A DNA stretch of 64,000 nucleotides, taken from NCBI GenBank assembly GCA_000002435.2, contig CM018791.1, one strand, 5' to 3'. Origin of the DNA: Giardia intestinalis. Its lineage: Eukaryota. Below, piece by piece: positions 1 to 8,149 of the stretch; positions within the stretch are counted from its first letter, which is position 1; each line of letters starts with the position of its first letter. A program made the translations under genes and the position numbers. Under the pieces are notes generated by a model. It worked only from the letters and a program-made list of their open reading frames with translations, had not been told where the DNA came from and ran no database searches.

Positions 1-1094
1 ACGTTACTGTCAAGGTCTTCACAGACGTCCTGCCGGACCCTGACCTTGGGACCTGCTATAGGAGCCTTGCAGAGGTCAGGGATTTCCAACCGGACATGAT
101 TATCGCTCTTGGCGGTGGCTCTGCGATGGATCTGGCGAAGATGGTTAGGCTTCTGTATGAGCATCCGAAGGTAGACTTTGCCGGGCTTGCGCAGCGCTTC
201 ATGGACATCCGCAAGCGCATCTACGAGTATCCCGAGTGCCTGGATCTTCGCACAGCGAAAACGTTCAGTGTCGCAATCCCGACGACTTCTGGAACAGGCT
301 CTGAGGTGACCCCGTTCTCTGTCATCACGGACGAGAAGGAGCACGTCAAGTATCCCCTTGCGGACTACCAGCTCATGACGCACATGGCTGTCATTGATCC
401 AGAGCTTGTCCTGACCGTTCCTGCATCACTTGCTTCCTGGACGGGCGTCGACGCCCTAACTCACGCTATTGAGTCGTACGTGTCCGTTATGGCGACTGAG
501 TACACCATGCCCCTCTCTCTCCAAGCAATCAAGACAGTCTTCGAGAACCTCGAGAAATCTGTCGTCAGCAGGTGCCCGACTGCTCGCGGAAATGTGCATC
601 AGGCTGCGACCATCGCCGGCATTGCGTTTGCCAACGCTTTCCTGGGTATCTGCCACTCCTGCGCCCACAAGCTCGGCCAAAAGTATCACATTCCGCACGG
701 GCTTGCTAACGCAATAATGCTCCCACACGTCATCAGGTACAACGCAGTCGACGATCCCGTCAAGATCGCCACGTTTCCGCAGTACCTCTACCCTGTTGCT
801 CTCGAGCGCTACGCTGAGATAGCCGACTACTGCGGGTTCACGAACAAGAATGACGGGAAGAGTGTCAAGGAGAAGACGGAGATCCTCATTAAGAAGATCT
901 ACGACCTCTATGAGAAGGTAGGGATTGACGCGAAGATCAGTGCGTGCAAGGAGGCTCCTGTTGAGGCAGACTTCTTCGCCGAGGAGAACCTGGACTATCT
1001 CGCATACCACGCCTTTGACGACCAGTGCACCGGTGCCAATCCGCGCTACCCGCTGATCGAGGACTTCAAGGAGCTCTTCCGTGCGGCCTGGTAA
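1..1094 (+). CDS. adhE: Bifunctional aldehyde/alcohol dehydrogenase (AdhE), C-terminal iron-containing alcohol dehydrogenase domain. It is truncated at the 5' window edge.
   Basis: The reading frame is open from position 3 (VTVKVFTDVLPDPDLG...), upstream of the ORF-track start at 96. The Fe-ADH signature is present: GGGSAMDLAKM, the metal-binding stretch GICHSCAHKLG, and HIPHGLANA. The stop is TAA at 1092-1094. Confidence 0.85.
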   Translation, partial: VTVKVFTDVLPDPDLGTCYRSLAEVRDFQPDMIIALGGGSAMDLAKMVRLLYEHPKVDFAGLAQRFMDIRKRIYEYPECLDLRTAKTFSVAIPTTSGTGSEVTPFSVITDEKEHVKYPLADYQLMTHMAVIDPELVLTVPASLASWTGVDALTHAIESYVSVMATEYTMPLSLQAIKTVFENLEKSVVSRCPTARGNVHQAATIAGIAFANAFLGICHSCAHKLGQKYHIPHGLANAIMLPHVIRYNAVDDPVKIATFPQYLYPVALERYAEIADYCGFTNKNDGKSVKEKTEILIKKIYDLYEKVGIDAKISACKEAPVEADFFAEENLDYLAYHAFDDQCTGANPRYPLIEDFKELFRAAW

Positions 1095-1137
1095 TTAGTA
1101 GGTAAATTGAGTGAGTTTGTCTACCGACCCCGCAAAA

Positions 1138-3264
1138 ATGGATAGCGAGCATGCCACTCGGCGGTGTCTCTCCGAGTGTCTAGGGACCAGTATCCACATG
1201 AGTCCTATCGCCACTTTGCTCTTCAGTAGCTCGTCATTGGTCAATTCTTTGATCGCAGGACTATTCACAGAGTGGGATGGAAAGGATCCTATGATGTTGA
1301 ATGAGGCTACCATGAAGCTTCTGGGCACGTTGACCACTAATCGTGAGCCGCTTTTCAGCTCAACGCCCAAGGGTGAGCTAGGTCTTCTTCTCTGTAAGGC
1401 GGCGCTCTTGATGGTGAAAGAAAGGGACTTCTATGTTGCCTATGCGCTCGTATCGGCTATTTGGCGATCGCTTCAATGCACACACGAGCAAGAGACTTCT
1501 GGCGTATCTGTTTGTAAAGGAAGACTTGCATACTATAGAACCCTGGAGGCATTTCTGAGCGCATTCTGTTATCTAGAACTAGACGAATATACTATTGTTC
1601 CTTACTCGCTTGGTCAATTAGCTCAAAGGCAGTGCCTACTGACGTTCACCCACTTCTTAGAGTACCTCACAGATGGACCAATTCAGCTCAACGAACTTAT
1701 TCAGCTGCTCCATGTGCAGCTATACTCAGCAGTTATGTTCGGTCATCTGGATATGTTACATGAGTGCTATATCGTCACATTGTGTTTGTACTGTTTAGTG
1801 CTGGATCTGTTATTGCAATTAAATCTATTGTCCATTTCAGACACGAGCCAATCTGACAGAAGTTGCAACAATTATACAAGTGCAAAACTTAAGCATCTGT
1901 ATTTACAGACAAACAAAGATAGAAGAGTGTTTGATGAAGAAACTGCTACAACAATAACAGCCTTGTTAAGCGACATTGATGAGACGTTACGAGGACAGTC
2001 GAAGGATAAAAGTGAGTGCTCCCAGGGGGAGACCCTTTTAAACCAAACTAGAGGGGACTGTGCAGTGAAAACCCGTGAGCTACTTGCTAACTATAAGTCA
2101 AGTCATGTAGCAGAAGCCATATATACGTTAGATCAATCGCTTGAGAATAGGCGCCCATATAACATATTTGGAACATCCGGAATTACTATAGCCCAATTAT
2201 ATATCGGAGTCGCACTTCTGCGAAGCCTTATTGAAAGTAGCTTCGGAATAAGCACTCATTTGGCAAACGCCACGTTGCGTGACAAACCTTGTAACAAGAT
2301 GTGTGAGCAAATCTCTGATCTCGCATCATTCTTTCTGCAGGTATCTGAAGAAATTCCTCTACACATTGGAACCGTCTGCTCCCTCAGGCCATGCCAATCC
2401 CTCGATCAACGGATTGACAGGCCAAAGCCTGAGAGCATACGGCCTTATCTTGCCATGCTCAATCGATGTAGCAAAGGGCTCGGCAAGGAACTACAAGTTC
2501 CTCCTCTGTTGAATGCCTCCATGATCAAGTCTCTTTGTGCAGTCATGTGCTCCTGTCTGATGCTGCTCTTGGTTCCTGCCAATGCGGAGTCGACAAGTAT
2601 CCAGTTGGAAAGCGTTATAGACTCACTTAGTATGCTCAGCACTCACTGTACGAATGAGCTCCTGGTAATCTACACGTCTTTGGAGATCTTAAACGCGTTT
2701 ATCGTGTCCAATTGCTCAACACTCCTACTGCATGACATTTCGGAGAGTGTAGGGGCACCAGACGATTTCCAGCTGTCTACTTTTAAAGACACAGCCAAGC
2801 TATCGATAAAACGAATATCATCGAGCCCAAACAGTCAGTACGATTCTCATCTGAATAAGATCTGCGACCAGGTGCCAAAGAAGAGCTTCTGTGACGACAT
2901 TGACGGGTGGGTAGAAGCCATCGTGGACATCATGTATACTATCTCCAGGCAATCTATATCGCTGACCGCGGAGCTTGTCTCTCTGCTACAACGACTCTGC
3001 AGGCGTGAAAGCCTCACGATCTTGCGTCTTCTATGCTCCAACGACGACAGGAGGCTCCAGATAATCAAATACTTGCGGTACTTATGGTTCTTAGCTCAGA
3101 GTTATCGAGATAAAGTCCTGTGCATGCATCAGCGTCTTCAGGGCTACAGCTACGCTGCGCACACGCTGCCACTCATAAGCAACTCCCTTCTGCAGCGCAC
3201 AAGGAGCTTTTTTCCTCTTCAGAGTGTGCTCCTCGATCTGTATGTGATAAGCCTAGAATGGTAG
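1138..3264 (+). CDS. Hypothetical protein (~708 aa), Leu/Cys-rich and largely alpha-helical. No recognisable domain.
   Basis: Long uninterrupted ORF. The ORF track starts at a GTG (1111). The first ATG at 1138 follows the A-rich stretch ccgcaaaaATG. Its 3' end overlaps the convergent downstream gene by 12 bp. Confidence 0.7.
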   Translation: MDSEHATRRCLSECLGTSIHMSPIATLLFSSSSLVNSLIAGLFTEWDGKDPMMLNEATMKLLGTLTTNREPLFSSTPKGELGLLLCKAALLMVKERDFYVAYALVSAIWRSLQCTHEQETSGVSVCKGRLAYYRTLEAFLSAFCYLELDEYTIVPYSLGQLAQRQCLLTFTHFLEYLTDGPIQLNELIQLLHVQLYSAVMFGHLDMLHECYIVTLCLYCLVLDLLLQLNLLSISDTSQSDRSCNNYTSAKLKHLYLQTNKDRRVFDEETATTITALLSDIDETLRGQSKDKSECSQGETLLNQTRGDCAVKTRELLANYKSSHVAEAIYTLDQSLENRRPYNIFGTSGITIAQLYIGVALLRSLIESSFGISTHLANATLRDKPCNKMCEQISDLASFFLQVSEEIPLHIGTVCSLRPCQSLDQRIDRPKPESIRPYLAMLNRCSKGLGKELQVPPLLNASMIKSLCAVMCSCLMLLLVPANAESTSIQLESVIDSLSMLSTHCTNELLVIYTSLEILNAFIVSNCSTLLLHDISESVGAPDDFQLSTFKDTAKLSIKRISSSPNSQYDSHLNKICDQVPKKSFCDDIDGWVEAIVDIMYTISRQSISLTAELVSLLQRLCRRESLTILRLLCSNDDRRLQIIKYLRYLWFLAQSYRDKVLCMHQRLQGYSYAAHTLPLISNSLLQRTRSFFPLQSVLLDLYVISLEW

Positions 3265-6200
3265 GTATATCTTAGACTCTTCTACACAGTCCAGTATGTC
3301 CAAGATCTCTGTAGATACGTTCCCACTGATGCTCATCTGGCCAGTGTCATTTAATTCGATAGTGTTCCGCTTTATGAGCAGTTTATTGCCATGCTCGACT
3401 TGTAGTATGGAGTTGCTGAACGCCTTTCGGAGGGCCTGTCTGCGCTCGTCGCTATTGTCATAGCGGTTCAGAAGTATCAGCTCTGCGGAGTCGTCATACG
3501 GATGTGTCGATTCCACATCTAAGGAGATATCATCATCAATTTTAACAGAAAAGTATCCTCGAGCGATGCTCATCTTGCGATCAATCTTGTTAAATACGAG
3601 GTTTCGACATACGGGAAACTTAACCTTTGGAACCTGATCATGTAGCGAAAAAGCGATGGTTTCTCCAGTTGTAAATAGTAGGCTGTTGCCAAAGTCTGCA
3701 AAGTGTCCGCTTGAGAGATGCACCTGATGTGACTTCTTGGAGGTTGTGACAATGTACTTTTTAAATCTGCCGCGTAGGATGTCTGCCATGTCCTGAAGCT
3801 GCATAATGGGCTCATCGAGAAGAAAGATAAGGTCACACGCGCATACGACTGAGTCAGATAGAGTAGTAGACGTCAGTATTCGGTATGCCTTCTCGCTCTT
3901 CTCCAACTTCATAGTTTCTTCGCAGTGCATCTCAGTGGAGTTGGCATCTGATAACTTGTTGATCGTGGCTGTCTCCTTCTTCTCGGCGATGATTGTCTTA
4001 ATGGATGCAGTGAACTCCTGAACCTGACGATGCCTTGCCATGCAGATGTTGTTGAGATGAGAAAGCGGTATGTCAAGGAATGGTAGGTTGGTTCCAGAGC
4101 GTGTCGAGATAGAACTGGGAAGTGGTGTATCGTCCTTTAAATGGAGGGTATTGGAGACGGGTATGTTGGGCTTAGAGACTTTAATCTCTGGTTCTTCTTT
4201 AACCGAGAGTATTGCCTTCTGTGACTTTTGGCACACAGATCCATAATTTTGTAGAAACAACAACCCATACTGATCTTGCTTACCCTCAAAGTTCTGGTCC
4301 TCATCCGTCTCTGTTAGTGTCCGATATGTTAGATGTAGCTCATCTGTCACTGAGTTATAGACTATGGCTACATCCTTTAAGAAAGCTGTTATCAAGAGTA
4401 TGAACAAGTCCTTTAGTCGTTGTTGGAACGCTATGCTCTGGGTCCCTATATCTTTTAAGGCATCAGGACTGGATCCAGGTGCCTTAGGGCCACTAGATGG
4501 TATCTGGGTAGCTTGCGCTGCAAAGGCGTTGGCATCAGCCAGGAATGTAAGGTAAGGGAGCATGCAGCCTTCTTGTTCTACAGCAGGAGATTCTATGCCG
4601 AAATAGAGATTAGGGGGGACCGCAATGCTATGTTTGGTAAGTACACTTGCTCGCAGGTCCATAGAGGATGGAGCCGGAATCTCTACGCCACCAACCTTGA
4701 CGATTGGACTGCGTCTGATATTCTTACTTCGATAGCCATTAGCATCGTATCCTATGGAGAGATAATGGACGAGAACAGATATGAACGTCATGTCAAAGCG
4801 GATATGGGGAGGTGACTCCAACGTAATGTCTTTGTAGGCATCTGTGGGAGGTATAAAGACATGAGTATCGGACATTCCTAAGATGGTGCGCAGTAGAGAG
4901 AGGCTGAATTCCAAATCTATCACAGGATCTAAGGTCTTAGTCACGGGATTGAAATATTTTGAAACTACTACGCCAAGAATCAAGCTTACGTTAGTTGTGA
5001 CATATCTTTCCTTTGCCTCTGGGGACAGAGCAGCTCCATCTGCTGCATCAGACTGATGAGACTTTTGGGGTCTTTGATCAGTAGTTGAGTCAGCGAGCTG
5101 TTTTTGATAAGCTTCTCTATCCATGATTGTTAATTGCGGGGTTGAAATTTTGGTTAGATGAGCGACCGATTTCCCCTGGCTTTTAAGAAGAATGAGGGAC
5201 AAGAGCTTGTAGCCTGGAGAGCCTCTGGCAATCTTTGGTAAGTACGGACGGATAGATGTCAGCACAATAATGTTTGCGGGGTTAGATGCAAAGCCTCCAG
5301 AGAATAAGAGCTGCCTTCCGGGACCAGACAGAAAGTAGGGGTCTGGAGTCAGTATGAATAATGGAAAGGGTAGGGGCACATCAAGTTGCTGTGCTCTCGA
5401 AGTAATATAAAATTCTGGGGTGATGATACCATCCATTCCAATGGTGCGTAGATAAGATACGTAGTAGAGAAAGACTTGCTCATCCATCAAGAGACAAATC
5501 TTGTAGCTGAGACGCTGCTCTTCTGCATCGGCTCGTTGATCGTTAGATTCAGCAACCGGCTTAGGTGTATATGTTTTTAGTGCAGTGCTAAGCAATGCTA
5601 AGACGTTAGTAAAGCCAGTGATACCATCGCAGACGAACATAGTCTTAGAATACCGCTGTATAGATTGCATAGATTGCGAACCGAAATCTGTTAACGGTGT
5701 GAAGGCACGTTCTAGAAGTTTAAGCATAGCGTGTGAGTCTAGCAGAGGAAAGTTTAGGATGCTCCTCGGAACATTCAAAGGGGTTGAAAAGCAAACCTCT
5801 CCTTTAAGATAGCGGCTGCTTAAGGGAAGATCCAGAGCGACTGAACGCTCCAAAGATTGATATGCGCCTCTATTCTGAAGTATGTCTAAGCTCTTATGGC
5901 GACATGTCGGCATGCAAACGATCTTATTTGTCGAAGGAGGCAGCTGGAGAGACCAGAAGTATTCATCTGCATTGATTCTGTGGTAACTTCCCAAGATAGA
6001 TTGCGTCACTGAGATGACGTTTATCTCCTCAGGTGATTGGATGAAGGAAGAATTGAATAGTCGCTCAAGCTTGAGGTAATCTAAGAGGATGAAGTCCAGA
6101 ACTGGCTGATGACCTTTCATATCAAGACATAAATTGAAGAAAACATTCAACACAGTAGCGTGGAGCGCGGGAACAAGATTGGTGGGTATAAATGTCTTGA

Positions 6201-6429
6201 TCTCCTTTCTGCTCAAAATATACAGGCAGGCACCTGCGTGTTCCAAGGCAGCCGATGTGAGGAGTATTGCGCTGATGTTATCGATGTGGTCATCATACAC
6301 TCGGAGATATGTCTCGTAGGGTGCAGCCAGGCCACAGTCGACAAGAAGAAGAGTGTCGTTTATGGTCAGCAGATACGCATGCACCCCAGTTTCTTCTACG
6401 TCGAAAAGCGGCTGCAGCTCGCATTCCAT
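3253..6429 (-). CDS. CPSF100/CPSF2-like protein, an inactive metallo-beta-lactamase-fold subunit of the mRNA 3'-processing complex (1058 aa).
   Basis: The N-terminus (HAYLLTINDTLLLVDCGL ... IDNISAILLTSAALEHAGACLYIL) parallels the CPSF100 pattern (CYLL..D...LLDCGW ... IDAVLLSHPDPLHLGALPY) and has lost the HxHxDH zinc motif. A long C-terminal region is as expected for CPSF100. The start codon is confirmed as ATG at 6427-6429. Confidence 0.5.
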   Translation of the reverse strand: MECELQPLFDVEETGVHAYLLTINDTLLLVDCGLAAPYETYLRVYDDHIDNISAILLTSAALEHAGACLYILSRKEIKTFIPTNLVPALHATVLNVFFNLCLDMKGHQPVLDFILLDYLKLERLFNSSFIQSPEEINVISVTQSILGSYHRINADEYFWSLQLPPSTNKIVCMPTCRHKSLDILQNRGAYQSLERSVALDLPLSSRYLKGEVCFSTPLNVPRSILNFPLLDSHAMLKLLERAFTPLTDFGSQSMQSIQRYSKTMFVCDGITGFTNVLALLSTALKTYTPKPVAESNDQRADAEEQRLSYKICLLMDEQVFLYYVSYLRTIGMDGIITPEFYITSRAQQLDVPLPFPLFILTPDPYFLSGPGRQLLFSGGFASNPANIIVLTSIRPYLPKIARGSPGYKLLSLILLKSQGKSVAHLTKISTPQLTIMDREAYQKQLADSTTDQRPQKSHQSDAADGAALSPEAKERYVTTNVSLILGVVVSKYFNPVTKTLDPVIDLEFSLSLLRTILGMSDTHVFIPPTDAYKDITLESPPHIRFDMTFISVLVHYLSIGYDANGYRSKNIRRSPIVKVGGVEIPAPSSMDLRASVLTKHSIAVPPNLYFGIESPAVEQEGCMLPYLTFLADANAFAAQATQIPSSGPKAPGSSPDALKDIGTQSIAFQQRLKDLFILLITAFLKDVAIVYNSVTDELHLTYRTLTETDEDQNFEGKQDQYGLLFLQNYGSVCQKSQKAILSVKEEPEIKVSKPNIPVSNTLHLKDDTPLPSSISTRSGTNLPFLDIPLSHLNNICMARHRQVQEFTASIKTIIAEKKETATINKLSDANSTEMHCEETMKLEKSEKAYRILTSTTLSDSVVCACDLIFLLDEPIMQLQDMADILRGRFKKYIVTTSKKSHQVHLSSGHFADFGNSLLFTTGETIAFSLHDQVPKVKFPVCRNLVFNKIDRKMSIARGYFSVKIDDDISLDVESTHPYDDSAELILLNRYDNSDERRQALRKAFSNSILQVEHGNKLLIKRNTIELNDTGQMSISGNVSTEILDILDCVEESKIYLPF

Positions 6430-6487
6430 CCCTGCTGAGTCCTTTTATAATTTTAGCTTCAACAGGAGTAGCTAAGAGAAACCTGCA

Positions 6488-6494
6488 TGTTTAC
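6488..6494 (-). promoter_or_regulatory. Candidate AGTAAAC poly(A) signal for the LRR gene (GTTTACT on the plus strand).
   Basis: An exact match to the diplomonad AGTRAAY poly(A) motif lies about 45 nt downstream of the minus-strand stop at 6538. Confidence 0.4.
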
Positions 6495-6537
6495 TTCTGG
6501 ATCAAAGCAGCAAACAGGATGAGCTTTGTCACATCGT

Positions 6538-7626
6538 TCACCTTCTGCGGACAATAGGCTTGTTCGTGCTGCGAGGCAGAGCTCTCACGGGTGCACGCTT
6601 CGATTGGGTCGGCTTGGTGATCGCACGAGCGGTGGGGCGGGCTACAGCAGAGCGGCTAGCATTGCCAGTCACAGAGCTCCTCGATTGGACCGTCTTCTTG
6701 GGAGCCGTCCTGGAGCGGGACGTTGAGGCCGTCTTGCTAGATGACCTAACCACTGTCCTGAGCGGTGTTTGGCTGCGGCTGTTTGGCATGTTGCATTTCC
6801 TCTGCGCATTGTGTGCACTGTTGTGCATGTTGCTCTTGGCCTTGCCACAGTTGGAGGCGCTACGAGCGTTGCAGCTTGTCTTTCGTCCCGACGCATTGCG
6901 GACTACTGTCTGCCTGTAGTACGTGCATCCATCTCTCTCGAGAGTTGTGGGGCAGTTTGTCGGCGGGAGAGCAGTGCAGTAATCGCAGTCTGTTGTTCCA
7001 CAGAGGTAGATTCCGGTGTAGGTGTCAGGCGCAGCTGTGCAAACGAGATCGGTGTTGCACTGGACATGAATCTCCATCATGTAAGGCAGGTCGAAGAGAT
7101 CTGCCGGAACGTCGCCAGTCAGCTCGTTGCAGTCAAGGTGGAGCTCCTTGAGGAATTGGAGTTCGTTGACGCAGGTGGGGATGGGACCAGTGAGAGCATT
7201 AATACTCATGTACCAAAACATCATGTGGGTTAAATCACAGATGCACTCGGGAATGTCACCCGTCAGCCCAGCGTTGTTAATTTGCAGGTACTGCATTGAG
7301 GTGAGGGCACAAAGATCCGTCGGGATCGGGCCCGCAAGGTCATTATTATTAAGGTACAGCGACCTCAAAAGTGGGAAGCAGCCTATGTCGGCAGGGAGGG
7401 CACCAGTGAGCCCCATGTCAGAGAGGTCGATCCCAATAACGTTATTGTTAGAGTCGCATGTGATGCCGGTCCAGCTACAGTAAGACACGTCGGGCGTAAG
7501 CCAGTTATTCGACTTCCAATTAGCACCATCCAGGGCATCGTACAAATTGGTCAGGGCCTCCTCCTCGGTGGCAGGGCAAGCGGCGCGAGCAAGACCAAGA
7601 AGTCCTAGAACAAGGGCTGCGATCAT
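6538..7626 (-). CDS. Secreted leucine-rich-repeat protein (plant-type LRR) with a Cys-rich cap and a highly basic Ser/Thr/Arg/Lys-rich C-terminal tail (362 aa).
   Basis: N-terminal signal peptide MIAALVLGLLGLARAA. Repeated LxxLxLxxNxLxGxIP units (LRSLYLNNNDLAGPIPTDL, LQINNAGLTGDIPECI, LHLDCNELTGDVPADL). Multi-Cys region (CGTTDCDYCTALPPTNCP). The last ~110 aa are about 35% R/K/S/T with no hydrophobic segment. Confidence 0.75.
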   Translation of the reverse strand: MIAALVLGLLGLARAACPATEEEALTNLYDALDGANWKSNNWLTPDVSYCSWTGITCDSNNNVIGIDLSDMGLTGALPADIGCFPLLRSLYLNNNDLAGPIPTDLCALTSMQYLQINNAGLTGDIPECICDLTHMMFWYMSINALTGPIPTCVNELQFLKELHLDCNELTGDVPADLFDLPYMMEIHVQCNTDLVCTAAPDTYTGIYLCGTTDCDYCTALPPTNCPTTLERDGCTYYRQTVVRNASGRKTSCNARSASNCGKAKSNMHNSAHNAQRKCNMPNSRSQTPLRTVVRSSSKTASTSRSRTAPKKTVQSRSSVTGNASRSAVARPTARAITKPTQSKRAPVRALPRSTNKPIVRRR

Positions 7627-7919
7627 TTTATTTTCCCAGCCACTGTTGAGCTGCTGTTATCTGTTGACCTCTACAGCATCAGTCTACTGTTTCTTTTTAG
7701 TTCATATCTTAAGTTAAGGTTTTCTCGTTCACAGTCACTATTTGTCAGAACCCATGCTCTCATCAAAGTGGGTTGTAGATGCTTTTGGCTCTGTGTTCCT
7801 CTTGTGACTCTGGTACTTAGAAACACCTTGTGGTTCTAAGGTTCACAGTTGTGCTTCAAGGCCCAAGGGGTATCCTTTATAGTGGACTAAGACATCTGTG
7901 GAGTAGTAAACCACCATCC

Positions 7920-7952
7920 TTTGAGACTTCTTTGAGATTTCTTTGAGACTTT
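7920..7952. repeat. Three tandem copies of a ~10-11 bp unit (TTTGAGAYTTC) in a divergent intergenic region.
   Basis: The sequence reads tttgagacttc / tttgagatttc / tttgagacttt directly. It lies between the divergent LRR (-) and SNF2 (+) genes. Confidence 0.5.
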
Positions 7953-8036
7953 TTCGTGTCACATCGATCACATCCCATGTTTGCCATAGAGCGCACAGCT
8001 GTGTGAATTGGCGGCCAAAAGAAAAATGGCTTTGCT

Positions 8037-8063
8037 TCTCTTTCTACTGCTTCTTTCTACTGC
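8037..8063. repeat. 13-bp direct repeat TCTTTCTACTGC x2 in the same divergent promoter region.
   Basis: tctctttctactgc followed immediately by ttctttctactgc, about 90 bp upstream of the SNF2 ATG. Confidence 0.4.
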
Positions 8064-8149
8064 CTTCGTCGCACTTGTATAGCCTCTGGAGATGACTTTT
8101 GAGAGGATCATTAATAAACTGTCATAAATCATAATTTATAAGGTCCCAT

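Noticed and set aside
96-1094. ORF-track start positions at non-ATG codons (GTG/TTG) for several genes: 1111, 14989, 35290, 37879, 47804 and 62905.
   Set aside because: This is a eukaryotic nuclear locus. Starts were moved to the first in-frame ATG (1138, 14980/14887, 35302, 37876, 47816, 62887). The AdhE ORF was extended to the window edge because the frame is open from position 3.
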